A stretch of 64,000 nucleotides of DNA from an uncultured Bacteriovoracaceae bacterium (lineage in GTDB: Bacteria > Bdellovibrionota > Bacteriovoracia > Bacteriovoracales > Bacteriovoracaceae): the NCBI GenBank assembly GCA_964012805.1, contig CAXGUD010000005.1:64001-128000 (forward strand). The letters run 5' to 3'. Made by a program: the position numbers and the translations under genes. Under the pieces are notes generated by a model, which saw only the letters and a program-made list of their open reading frames with translations, was not told the origin of the DNA and searched no databases. Below are positions 9,393-18,978 of this stretch, piece after piece. Each line of letters starts with the position of its first letter. Position 1 is the first letter of the stretch.

Positions 9393-10532
9393 TCAAAAGC
9401 GATAAGTTAAACCCAACCTAGTGCGAAATCCCACAGTTTCATAAGTTGTTACAGAAAGAGTTTGGGAGTTTGTTTGGTTTTGGTTTTTTACATAATAATC
9501 AACCATTCCCTTCAAGCCTATTCCAAGAGCCGCATAAAATTTGACACCTGCGCCTAAAAAGTAATGTGCATTAGACTCCGAAAATGATGTCTCATTAGTA
9601 TCCGTGTATTCTCTCTTATCTGTTCCCATACCAAAGCCAAAACCAACAAAAGGTATGAAGGAGTCAAAAGAGAAAGGGTCTGTGAACAAATGATAGTTGA
9701 CTCCACCGGAAAAAGCCGTTTTAGCAACATCACCTTGATCGGTTCCTCCAGAAGTATCTTTTGAAACGTTTTTTATCCACTCAAACTCTCCAAAAAGCGA
9801 TGTCCTCTTAAAAAAGGTTATTTCGCTGGAAGGAAAGTATTTTTCAATTCCTATAGAAAGGGCCATTTCGCTCTTAGAGGTTACTTTAGAAGAAGAAATT
9901 GTTTCTTCCTTAGCGCTTAAACTATTCAAACTAAAATTAGTAAAAGCATCCCAACTTTTCTTTCCAAAAGCTCTTCCTCCATCTCCCCTTGATTTTACAT
10001 GAGAGTCAAGATGACCAAAATAACCTTTTCGGTTAGGTTCTTCATCAAATGAACGTTCCTTTAAACTCTTTAAGTCTTCTCTTTCTTCTTTTGTTTCTTT
10101 ACTTTCTAAATCGGCCAACGTACCTCCTCCATCTATGGGTATGGAAGCAGGTGGAACGTTAAGCATTTTGGTAGGGTCCTTACTCAGTTTAACTGCTGAC
10201 ACTGATTTCAACTGAAGAACTCTTCCGGTATTAATCTCTGATTCATTGATAAGTCTATATATGGCCCAAACAGATCTTGTTGGTGAGATTTTTCTAACAA
10301 CAGCTCTAGCAACAACACCCGTAGAAGTAAGGTAAAATTTAGCATGATTATCGATTTCTAACCCATCATCCGTCCCTCTATTTGCCAGCAATGTTCTTTT
10401 AGTTTTAGATAATTTTAGAATCCTAAAAGTCAATGTCTCATCCATATCTAAGGCGTTACAATTAAATACGATACATAATGACAAAAAGGGGAACAAGATA
10501 AGATTTTTTAAGTTTTTCACAAGCTTTACCAA
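9393..10532 (-). CDS. Hypothetical exported protein with a probable C-terminal outer-membrane beta-barrel
   Basis: Signal-peptide-like N-terminus, alternating beta-strands in the C-terminal half, and terminal ...RLGLTYRF (BAM-type aromatic C-terminus). Confidence 0.65.
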   Translation of the reverse strand: MVKLVKNLKNLILFPFLSLCIVFNCNALDMDETLTFRILKLSKTKRTLLANRGTDDGLEIDNHAKFYLTSTGVVARAVVRKISPTRSVWAIYRLINESEINTGRVLQLKSVSAVKLSKDPTKMLNVPPASIPIDGGGTLADLESKETKEEREDLKSLKERSFDEEPNRKGYFGHLDSHVKSRGDGGRAFGKKSWDAFTNFSLNSLSAKEETISSSKVTSKSEMALSIGIEKYFPSSEITFFKRTSLFGEFEWIKNVSKDTSGGTDQGDVAKTAFSGGVNYHLFTDPFSFDSFIPFVGFGFGMGTDKREYTDTNETSFSESNAHYFLGAGVKFYAALGIGLKGMVDYYVKNQNQTNSQTLSVTTYETVGFRTRLGLTYRF

Positions 10533-10546
10533 TTTATTTGAAGTTC

Positions 10547-12115
10547 CTAAAAAAGAAAATTAACTCCACCAGAAAACTTTACTCCACCAACATTTAAACT
10601 AGCTTCTATACTATCTGTAATTTGCTCTACAACTGTCAAACGCCTCATTCCTGTTGAAAGTAGAAAATGAAGACCTACAGATTTATTAAACCAATCTCCT
10701 TTCTCTCTTCCTCCAAATCGATATTTTAATCCTAAGTGGAGGAATGGAAACTCGCTTATTTGAGCTGTATACCGCTTTGAGAAGGAGATGTTTTTTATAC
10801 TCGCTTGTCCTGAACCTATTCCAGTTCCTATATACCAGATATACTTTCTCAATGTTGAAGGTAAACGAAGATACCAGTTTATAGAGAATTTCAAAGAGAA
10901 TTCATTTGAGAGAGCATTTTTTGTTCCAAAATCATAATAGTTATTAGACGTATCTAGGAAGAACTCCAAAGAAAAATGATTTAATTTTGGTGTTGTTCTC
11001 ATTAAAAAATAATCATAACCAATTCCCAAAGAGACACCGCTTCCCTGATAATTCTTATCACTAGGATCAACGTGAGAATTTAGGTTAATACCATAGAGGA
11101 TAAATACTTCATGACCTACCTCATTTTGGAGGGCAAACTTTTGCCTCTCCCTTTCAATTGCAATACCACTGGCAACGAAGAAGTCTCTTAATTGATCTCT
11201 ATCCATATCAACCGACCAAAGGTCTCCTTCGTGAATCATTTTATTTAAGGCAAAAGAACTTATTTCCTTTTCTCCCCTTTTTCTCCTTAAGTATTGCTCG
11301 TAAACATTTGGATGAAGAGATCCATTTTGAACCAAAGAAGTTGCTTCAATATCTTTATATAAATCATCTAGGTCCCTAAAAAACTTTCCCTTCTCAACTA
11401 CTCCGTTAGTTAAGTTTTCTAAAAGCTGAGCCTTTCTTTGCTTACGGACACTTTGAGGACCTCTTCCTTTGTGTTCTGTTTGAGAACTTAGAACATGATC
11501 TGTTGGTGTTCCATCTTCTGATAAAGATAAAGCATCTTTTTTATCCCATTTTGAAAAAGATGTAACTTCAATATGTTGATGCTTAGGAAGATTTGTCTCA
11601 TTCAATGACCTCGACTGGACAGAAGTTTTTCCGCCCTTAATAATTTCTTCTGGTATTCCTTTATCCATAGTTTTACTTTTCAAGTACTCCTCAGGGGTTC
11701 TTTTAGGATCGAGATAAACCATTTTTTGTCTTATTTTTATAGGAGCCAAACCTTTTAGGGCAGAGTCACTTTCGAGGAGTAAAAGCCTTTGACCATGATT
11801 AAGATATTCAGGGGCAAGACTTTTCTTTAAGTACCAGTAAGATTTAGTGGGAAATACTTTTACGGCCTCGCCAAAAGCTACCTTTTTCACATTTACTGGA
11901 TTTTTTGGGTTAGAAAAAAATAGCCACCCGTTTTTACCAGTTTTAAGACCATCCAAAAGGCCTAAATCCATTACGATTGTTTTTTTGCTGTTGCTAACTT
12001 CCTTAATTTTTACCTTTGAAAACCCATAAGAATAACTTGAGGAACCTAAAACCCAAGTTAAGAGGAGGGTAAATGCTACCCGGGAAAACAAAAATTGAAC
12101 GAAAACACAGCGCAT
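10547..12115 (-). CDS. Hypothetical exported protein with a probable C-terminal beta-barrel
   Basis: Long ORF; likely start is ATG 12115 (MRCVFVQ) rather than 12172. Hydrophobic signal, amphipathic strands, and ending ...GGVNFLF. Confidence 0.6.
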   Translation of the reverse strand: MRCVFVQFLFSRVAFTLLLTWVLGSSSYSYGFSKVKIKEVSNSKKTIVMDLGLLDGLKTGKNGWLFFSNPKNPVNVKKVAFGEAVKVFPTKSYWYLKKSLAPEYLNHGQRLLLLESDSALKGLAPIKIRQKMVYLDPKRTPEEYLKSKTMDKGIPEEIIKGGKTSVQSRSLNETNLPKHQHIEVTSFSKWDKKDALSLSEDGTPTDHVLSSQTEHKGRGPQSVRKQRKAQLLENLTNGVVEKGKFFRDLDDLYKDIEATSLVQNGSLHPNVYEQYLRRKRGEKEISSFALNKMIHEGDLWSVDMDRDQLRDFFVASGIAIERERQKFALQNEVGHEVFILYGINLNSHVDPSDKNYQGSGVSLGIGYDYFLMRTTPKLNHFSLEFFLDTSNNYYDFGTKNALSNEFSLKFSINWYLRLPSTLRKYIWYIGTGIGSGQASIKNISFSKRYTAQISEFPFLHLGLKYRFGGREKGDWFNKSVGLHFLLSTGMRRLTVVEQITDSIEASLNVGGVKFSGGVNFLF

Positions 12116-12293
12116 TATTATCACCAAAACACCGTTTCTTAACCTTACCAATATAACACATGACGTTATCACTCTCTATAAGGTAGGAATGTCCAGTAAT
12201 TACGCCAAACTCCATTGCCCTTTTCTAAAGAGATTGGTAATAAAAGTACTGGAAAAGAAAAGAAGCCAGTAATTTTCAAACGAGGAAAAAACT

Positions 12294-12512
12294 TTGAGCA
12301 GAAAGAAAAAAAACAAAAAACTCTTCTTTTATAACTGCACACTAACAGAAGAGCGTTTTAAAACAACTCAAGAAGCTCCAAATCCAGACGAACTCGTCTC
12401 AATAAAAGCTTACTATGAAATGAACCCGGAAATGGATGACAGACCAGAAAATATTAAGGCAGAGATAGAAAAGCTTGAAGAGACTAGAGAAGCTTTGAAT
12501 GGGTCAGAATAA
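12294..12512 (+). CDS. Small hypothetical protein (72 aa)
   Basis: TTG start after a GAGGA RBS, fills the intergenic gap, and is followed by a hairpin; no family recognised with confidence. Confidence 0.65.
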   Translation: MSRKKKNKKLFFYNCTLTEERFKTTQEAPNPDELVSIKAYYEMNPEMDDRPENIKAEIEKLEETREALNGSE

Positions 12513-12545
12513 AAACTTCAAAAACTATAAAAAAGTCCATTCAAC

Positions 12546-12565
12546 AGGGTGATAATCATCACCCT
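12546..12565. terminator. 8-bp hairpin between the small ORF and trxB
   Basis: AGGGTGAT-AATC-ATCACCCT; there is no clear U-tract on the + strand, so the terminator role is uncertain. Confidence 0.35.
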
Positions 12566-12610
12566 CAAAATTTTCAGAAGTTACCATCTTTAAAAAAAGG
12601 AATTTAAATC

Positions 12611-13543
12611 ATGGAAAAAAGAGATGTGGTTATTGTAGGATCTGGACCAGCAGGACATACAGCAGCCCTTTATAGCTCTAGAGCGAATCTAAAGCCTCTT
12701 GTTTTAGAGGGGCATGAGCCAGGTGGACAACTAACCACCACAACTGATGTCGAAAATTTTCCAGGGTTTCCTGAAGGAGTTCAGGGCCCTGACCTTATGG
12801 ACAAAATGAAAAAACAAGCAGAAAGGTTTGGTACCCAGTATTGGCAAAAAAATGTTGTCAAGGTAGACCTCAATAAGAAACCATTCCTCATTAACTGTGA
12901 AGATGGAACTGAAATTGAAGCAAAAACGGTTATTATCTCAACAGGTGCGAGTGCTAAGTATCTTGGACTTCCAAACGAAAAAGAGTTAATTGGAAAAGGT
13001 GTGAGTGCTTGTGCAACCTGCGACGGTTTTTTCTTTAGAAATAAGATTGTTCATGTTGTTGGTGGCGGAGATACAGCAATGGAAGAGGCAAATTTCCTTA
13101 CCCGCTTCGCTGAAAAAGTCACGATCATCCATAGAAGAGGCTCTCTAAGAGCATCGAAGCCCATGCAGCAAAGGGTCTTCGATAACCCTAAAATAGATAT
13201 TTTATGGAATACGGTCGTTGAAGAAATCCTTTTTGATGACAATGGTGTTAAAGGTATCAGAGTTAAAAATACCGAAACAAATGAATCAACTGAAAGGCAA
13301 ACGGATGGCTTTTTCTTAGGAATTGGACATACTCCAAACACAAGCTTTTTAGGAGATCAGGTACAACTTGACGAAAATGGTTTTATTAAAACTGAAAATG
13401 GTCCAGACACAAATATTCCAGGAGTCTTCGCTTGTGGTGATGTCCAAGATCCTTTTTATAGGCAGGCAATTACTGCTGCAGGTTCAGGCTGCATGGCCGC
13501 AATGAAAGTCGAAAAATTTCTAGAAGACGAAGAAAGTAAATAA
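12611..13543 (+). CDS. trxB: Thioredoxin-disulfide reductase
   Basis: GSGPAGHTAA, GGQLTTTTDVENFPGF, redox motif CATCDG, GGGDTAMEEA and YRQAITAAGSG. Confidence 0.97.
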   Translation: MEKRDVVIVGSGPAGHTAALYSSRANLKPLVLEGHEPGGQLTTTTDVENFPGFPEGVQGPDLMDKMKKQAERFGTQYWQKNVVKVDLNKKPFLINCEDGTEIEAKTVIISTGASAKYLGLPNEKELIGKGVSACATCDGFFFRNKIVHVVGGGDTAMEEANFLTRFAEKVTIIHRRGSLRASKPMQQRVFDNPKIDILWNTVVEEILFDDNGVKGIRVKNTETNESTERQTDGFFLGIGHTPNTSFLGDQVQLDENGFIKTENGPDTNIPGVFACGDVQDPFYRQAITAAGSGCMAAMKVEKFLEDEESK

Positions 13544-13683
13544 AACTTACACCAATCAAATATGTAAAAAAGATTGAGTAAAACATACTCAAGCAAAAAA
13601 CACTCTTTTTTTTCCTTTGCCTTATGGTTACCCATTGGGAAAAATAAAATTAAAAGTCCTAATTCAAAAACCAGGGAAGGTTA

Positions 13684-14547
13684 ATGAAGAAAGAAATTTT
13701 CAATTTTACTACGCTTAAAGTCCACATTTGTTCAAAAACAAAGTCTCTTTTTCTACAATTAGCTCAACCAGAACCTTCAAAAAAAAACCTCATAAATGAA
13801 AAAATGCTCATTGAACTTGAGTCTCTTTTTTCGTGGCTTTCACAGCATATTGAAATTCATTCCGTCGCCATAACTGGACAAGATAATTACTTCTCAAAAG
13901 GTTTTGACTTAGATGAATTTGTTTCTCTTCCTGAAAAACGATTCCAAGAATTATTAGAAAAATATCAAAAACTTGTCTACGTTATGTTCTTTTTGCCTCA
14001 AACAATTATTGCGAACCTTCAAAGCGGGGGTGCAGGAGCAGGCTTAGAACTCGCCATGGGAGCCGATATTAGATTGGCCCATGAACAAAACTATTTCTCT
14101 TTTGATCATCTAAAACAAGCCCTTGTCCCTTCAGGAGGTGGAATAGGCTTTTCTACTGAGCTAATTCCTAATTCTTTTATTAGAAGCTGGCTACTTTCGC
14201 CACATTCTATTGATAATCAGGCCCTTAAGGGAAGCGGTTTTATTCATACCTTTTTAAATAAAGATGAAGAAGAAAAGGTCCTCACTGATATCCTCACAAA
14301 TATATCAAATCAAGCACCTGTTGCAAGAATCCAAACAAAAAGAAGCCTTTTAGAAGCCATCCTACCTGGACTAGACAGGACAATCAATTTTGAAAAGAAA
14401 TTTGCTCTGGCAGGATTGGCCATGAATGATTGGAGAAAGAAAATTAACGATTCTAAAAAAGGAACTCCCCAAGGGTTCGTTAAAGCAAGAGATTTAAACC
14501 TTTTACTTAAAGGAGAACCTCAACCTAAAAAGGAAAACCTTCAATAG
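13684..14547 (+). CDS. Enoyl-CoA hydratase/isomerase (crotonase) family protein, divergent
   Basis: FSKGFDL oxyanion motif and GAGAGLELAMGADIR; the usual second catalytic Glu (PE) reads DH here. Confidence 0.75.
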   Translation: MKKEIFNFTTLKVHICSKTKSLFLQLAQPEPSKKNLINEKMLIELESLFSWLSQHIEIHSVAITGQDNYFSKGFDLDEFVSLPEKRFQELLEKYQKLVYVMFFLPQTIIANLQSGGAGAGLELAMGADIRLAHEQNYFSFDHLKQALVPSGGGIGFSTELIPNSFIRSWLLSPHSIDNQALKGSGFIHTFLNKDEEEKVLTDILTNISNQAPVARIQTKRSLLEAILPGLDRTINFEKKFALAGLAMNDWRKKINDSKKGTPQGFVKARDLNLLLKGEPQPKKENLQ

Positions 14548-14550
14548 ATT

Positions 14551-15501
14551 CTAAAACCGACAAACAACCCTAATTTCGTGGTTATTTAGAGCATTATCAA
14601 CTTTCATAAAGTCATCAGTAATTCCTAAAAGGAATCCTCCTCCTCCAGCTCCACAGAGCTTTAAATAAAAGTCATCACTATCAAGACCTCTTTCCCATAG
14701 CTCCTTAAATAAAGGGGGTATCATAAGGCCAAAGTGCTCTCTTTGAAAGGAAGAGAGGGACTTAAAGGCCTTCAACAAGCTTGAGGGATCATTTTGACAA
14801 AAGTAATTTATACATTCATTCGTTATAGGTAATAACTCTTCTTCGCAAACTTGACTAAATTCAGAAATTAAGCACTTTTCTAAAAACAGATTTACCAGAG
14901 GCTCAGTTTTACGAGATCTTCCAGTATTAAGAAGAAAAATTCCTCCCTCTCCTTTTCCAAATTGACTCAAGGAAATTTCAGCTCTTTCAAAATCGTTTTT
15001 CGCCCTTATTAGAATTGTTTGATTCAAATAACTAATCAGAGGATCCAAACCTGAACTTGAGCCATGAAAAAAAGACTCCATTAAAGAGAAGTAACTTTGG
15101 AGCCTATTTACCATCCTAGGATCTTTGAGAAAGACTTCTTTATCGCAGCTTTTAACTGCATAACGAGAAAAAAGGGAGGCACATAAAGCCCCTGAACTAC
15201 CAAGTCCATAACCTTGAGGTATCGTAGAATCAAAGAAAAGCCCTTGAGAAATGTCAAAATCAAAGGACTGGATGTCAAATTGAAAATCAGAAATAGGGCC
15301 AGTTCCCTCTCTATGGAGTTTTTTTAAATACTGAGAGAATGCCTTCAATTCTGGTTCGACCTTAGGTCCACTCCCTTTTCTAAAACTCAAGGAACCTTCA
15401 AACAAAGGGTATGGCAAGCACAAAGCCATAGAGTCTTTAATGATACTATACTCTCCAAAAAGCAAGATTTTAGAAACAAAAGATTCCTTTTCCATCAACA
15501 C
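14551..15501 (-). CDS. mvk: Mevalonate kinase (Bacteroidota-type GHMP kinase)
   Basis: SKILLFGEYSII, IPQGYGLGSSGAL, HGSSSGLDP and LKLCGAGGGGF; last gene of the mevalonate operon. Confidence 0.85.
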   Translation of the reverse strand: MLMEKESFVSKILLFGEYSIIKDSMALCLPYPLFEGSLSFRKGSGPKVEPELKAFSQYLKKLHREGTGPISDFQFDIQSFDFDISQGLFFDSTIPQGYGLGSSGALCASLFSRYAVKSCDKEVFLKDPRMVNRLQSYFSLMESFFHGSSSGLDPLISYLNQTILIRAKNDFERAEISLSQFGKGEGGIFLLNTGRSRKTEPLVNLFLEKCLISEFSQVCEEELLPITNECINYFCQNDPSSLLKAFKSLSSFQREHFGLMIPPLFKELWERGLDSDDFYLKLCGAGGGGFLLGITDDFMKVDNALNNHEIRVVCRF

Positions 15502-16583
15502 TCCAATGCCTTAGGACCCAAAGACCCTACAGAGTCTTCAATCCAATTTTTGTTTTCTAAAAATTCTTGCAAATTACTTTCAATAAAACGCTTTATTGAA
15601 GTATTTTCACTCTTTGGACAGAGAAGGTGAATGTTTGGACCTGCATCGAGGGTAAAGCAGCATTTAACTCCTGTCTTTGCCCGCATCTCCTTGATTTTTT
15701 CTATGACCACTAAAGACCTCGGATGCATTAATATGTAAGGATCTTTAGAACTCATCATAAGAGAATGTAAAGAAAGTGCTTCATTTTCCACAACACTTTG
15801 GAATAAATCCCAATTTCCTTTTATAATTGAGTCAACAAGCTTATTCATGTTGTTTTCGGCTTGTAAAATCCTCGCTTCAGCAAAGGGGTGTCCCTCCATT
15901 AAAGCGTGACCTTTTGTTGATGAAACCTTTTTGGGGGAACTATCAACGATAAGAATAAAATCACTCATCTCTTTAAAAAGAGGGTCTATCTTTGTAAAAG
16001 GAGTTGCATAGAAATCGCTTCCTTTTTCATGATTATCAATTTGATAAGGTCCCCATGAAGCCCACCCTCCATAAATTGAGCGGCAGGCACTGCCTGACCC
16101 TAGTCTTGCCATAGAGGACACTTCCTCAAAAAAAGTATCTCCAAGAAATGATTCATTACCAGAGTAAGCTGCAAAACTTCCCAAACAAAGAGCAAGTGAA
16201 GCCATTGAAGAAGCCGATGAGGCTATCCCTACAGAGTGGGGAAAGGTGTTCTCAGAATCAAATTCGAGATGATAGTCTTTAAGGTTTGGAATTTTATCTT
16301 CAACTCTTTCGAGAAAAGTACTTATTTTATTTTGAAATTGTACTTTTTTCTTTCCCTCGAAAAGAAGATCAAAAGAAAGCCCTTCTCCTTTAGGCTTTTT
16401 TCTCCAAGAAAGTGTTGTTTTTGTTTTAGAAGAACTGAGCGATAGGCTTAAGGAGCTGTTCATAGGAAGCTGAAGTCCTTTCTTTCCCCAATACTTTACA
16501 AGGGCTATATTGCTCGGAGCCTCCCAAGAAACCTGCCCCAAATTAATATCACCCTTAACAGAGTTTATAACAAAGGAATTCAT
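15495..16583 (-). CDS. mvaD: Diphosphomevalonate decarboxylase
   Basis: PSNIALVKYWGK, NTFPHSVGIASSAS, RLGSGSACRS, KKVSST.GH and FTLDAGPNIH. Confidence 0.93.
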   Translation of the reverse strand: MNSFVINSVKGDINLGQVSWEAPSNIALVKYWGKKGLQLPMNSSLSLSLSSSKTKTTLSWRKKPKGEGLSFDLLFEGKKKVQFQNKISTFLERVEDKIPNLKDYHLEFDSENTFPHSVGIASSASSMASLALCLGSFAAYSGNESFLGDTFFEEVSSMARLGSGSACRSIYGGWASWGPYQIDNHEKGSDFYATPFTKIDPLFKEMSDFILIVDSSPKKVSSTKGHALMEGHPFAEARILQAENNMNKLVDSIIKGNWDLFQSVVENEALSLHSLMMSSKDPYILMHPRSLVVIEKIKEMRAKTGVKCCFTLDAGPNIHLLCPKSENTSIKRFIESNLQEFLENKNWIEDSVGSLGPKALEC

Positions 16584-17620
16584 TGAAGAAGCTCCTCTTT
16601 TTTACTTATAGATAACGCTGAATCTTTTGAAAGCAAAGGACTCCTTTCAAGAATTATATCTCTATAAGAAAAAATAACATCGTGATCTAATTTCCTTCTA
16701 AAATATTCCTTTGTTGAAGAAGCAGACTCTTCACTTGTTACCAAAGCAAAGTCTCCTCCCCAAGCACCTAGAGACTTTACCGTTCCCCAAAAGTCCGAAA
16801 AAGTTGTTTTCTTGATGGGCTCAAGACCCATATATCTTGAAACGACATCTTCATGCTCAATCAAAAGCTCTTCAAATTCGCGAAGATCATCGGCCACTGC
16901 CATAGCTTTTGTGAGAGCATTGATAATATTAATTATATCTTTACTAGCCGCGCCTCTTTCCCGATAATCTTTCACAGCCTGGCCAGAATCTTTTTTAGTT
17001 CCCAAATAGACAAAGTAAAGGTTTTCTTTAAATGAAGGGTTAAAGTCGACCAAACTCCATGTGGGCATTTTTTCTTTTAACTGATAAAAAATTGGTCCCT
17101 CGGCTTGAGCACAAGCAATGTCATAGCCTGACCCGCCGGATGTTTCAAAAAGAAGCTTGAAAGGATTAACATAAGCCCACTGAGCTATGTTAAAAATATG
17201 GGTAGAGCTTGATCCCAAACCCCAATGAAGGGGAAAATTAGTTTTAGTTGTAACCTCAACATCAACATTTTCTCTTAAAAAATGGCTATTTTCCTTCCTC
17301 ACCTCAAGAAGAAGCTCTTGAAGTTTAAGGGCCTTTAAAGAAGGGTTTTCCCTCAGGCAACGAAAGTGCCAAAACTCATACTCAGACTCAAACCACACCT
17401 CTCCTTTTTCATCATAACTTTTCCAAGTTAATGTTGGGTTGAAAGAAGGTTTGTGCGAAACCATTAATTTTTGACCAAAAATTGTCGGCAAAGCCAGGGA
17501 AACAGCTCCATCCAAAACAAAATACTCACCAGAAATAAGAAGTTTCCCATTGCCATAGAAGTTCTGAGTTTGTTTGGCTGAGTTTCTTTTATTTACCTCA
17601 GGTTGAATTCCACTTTCCAT
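16580..17620 (-). CDS. GYDIA-family GHMP kinase, probable phosphomevalonate kinase
   Basis: GKLLISGEYFVLDGA, WGLGSSST, GSGYDIACA and KSLGAWGGDF; located between HMGR and mvaD. Confidence 0.8.
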   Translation of the reverse strand: MESGIQPEVNKRNSAKQTQNFYGNGKLLISGEYFVLDGAVSLALPTIFGQKLMVSHKPSFNPTLTWKSYDEKGEVWFESEYEFWHFRCLRENPSLKALKLQELLLEVRKENSHFLRENVDVEVTTKTNFPLHWGLGSSSTHIFNIAQWAYVNPFKLLFETSGGSGYDIACAQAEGPIFYQLKEKMPTWSLVDFNPSFKENLYFVYLGTKKDSGQAVKDYRERGAASKDIINIINALTKAMAVADDLREFEELLIEHEDVVSRYMGLEPIKKTTFSDFWGTVKSLGAWGGDFALVTSEESASSTKEYFRRKLDHDVIFSYRDIILERSPLLSKDSALSISKKEELLQ

Positions 17621-18942
17621 TAGTGATATTTCCTCAAACCATTTAAGAACTCTTTAACTGCATTATGAGAAACAACCTTATCAACAAAAAAAGCCTTGGC
17701 TTTTTCTCTCTCATCTTCACTCGTATTAAAGTGATTGAGTATGTTAAATAAATGCATTTTCATATGCCCTTTTTGAATTCCTGAAGTCACTAATGAATTT
17801 AGAGCACCAAAGTTTTGGGCAAGTCCAATAGACGCTGCTATTTCCATCAATTTGGGAGCTGATGGCTGGCCTAATATTTCAAGAGAAATTTTTGCCAAAG
17901 GATGAAGCGAAGTCAATCCACCGACAGTACCCAAAGCCAACGGAAGTTCTAAACTAAAAGTAAAGGAACCATCCTCAATCTTAACATCACTCAAAGATCT
18001 ATACTGACCACTTCTGGCAGCATAAGCGTGAGCACAAGACTCCACAGCCCTAAAATCATTACCAGTCGCCAAAACAACAGCATCAATACCATTCATAATA
18101 CCCTTATTATGAGTTGTTGCTCTATAGACATCAGAATTAGCAATCAATACGGCTTTTCTAAGGCGATCAGCATAAACTTCTGGGTCCATTGACAACCCTA
18201 AGTGATCCAAATCCTCTATTGAACAGGAAACCTCTGACCTTACAAGACATTCAGGCGTATAATTTGAAAGAATCGACATTATCACATCAATCTTTCGCTC
18301 CTCTGAAGTAAAAAAGGTGGACGCTTCAACGCTCTCCTTCAACTTGGTAGCAAATGCTTCAAGGACTGAATTAATAAAATTGGCTCCCATAGCATCACAG
18401 GTTTCAAACTTTACGTGAATTTGAAAGAGACCCTTTTCGATAGAAGTCTTATCAACAAGCTCAATGCTTTTTATTCCACCACCTCTTTTCTCCATTGAAT
18501 GAACAAGAGGTGCTACACACTTTTTCAACTCAGGAACAAGCCCTTTAAAAAAAGACTCTAAGCGGGGTGTTTGACCATACCAGAAGAAATGAACCTGCCC
18601 CACCTTAGCTGTTGAAATAACCTTTGTTTTAACTCCACCACGGGTCATCCAAAACTTTGCACTCTTAGCGCTAGCTGCGACAACAGAGCTTTCTTCAGTT
18701 ACCATGGGAACACAATAAAGATCGTTATTAATCATTAAGTTAGGAACAACACCATAAGGAAGAAAAAAATTGGTTATAGTGTTTTCACTAAATTCATCAA
18801 ATGCTCTTTGGAAAGATTCACTCTTATGCCAGAAACTTTCAATTCTTTCACGAATATCAAACGAGCCGTTAAAAAAGGTTTTAATCAAAAAATCTATTTT
18901 TTGCTTCTTCGAAAATTTTGAAAAGCTAGTTACCTCTTTCAA
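17620..18942 (-). CDS. mvaA: Class II hydroxymethylglutaryl-CoA reductase
   Basis: ENTI, PMVTEESSVVAA, DAMGANFIN, RATTHNKGIMNG, GNDFRAVE and GIQKGHMKMH. Confidence 0.95.
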   Translation of the reverse strand: MKEVTSFSKFSKKQKIDFLIKTFFNGSFDIRERIESFWHKSESFQRAFDEFSENTITNFFLPYGVVPNLMINNDLYCVPMVTEESSVVAASAKSAKFWMTRGGVKTKVISTAKVGQVHFFWYGQTPRLESFFKGLVPELKKCVAPLVHSMEKRGGGIKSIELVDKTSIEKGLFQIHVKFETCDAMGANFINSVLEAFATKLKESVEASTFFTSEERKIDVIMSILSNYTPECLVRSEVSCSIEDLDHLGLSMDPEVYADRLRKAVLIANSDVYRATTHNKGIMNGIDAVVLATGNDFRAVESCAHAYAARSGQYRSLSDVKIEDGSFTFSLELPLALGTVGGLTSLHPLAKISLEILGQPSAPKLMEIAASIGLAQNFGALNSLVTSGIQKGHMKMHLFNILNHFNTSEDEREKAKAFFVDKVVSHNAVKEFLNGLRKYH

Positions 18943-18978
18943 ACAAATAACCTCTTTATAATCATTAAAATAAAAACT

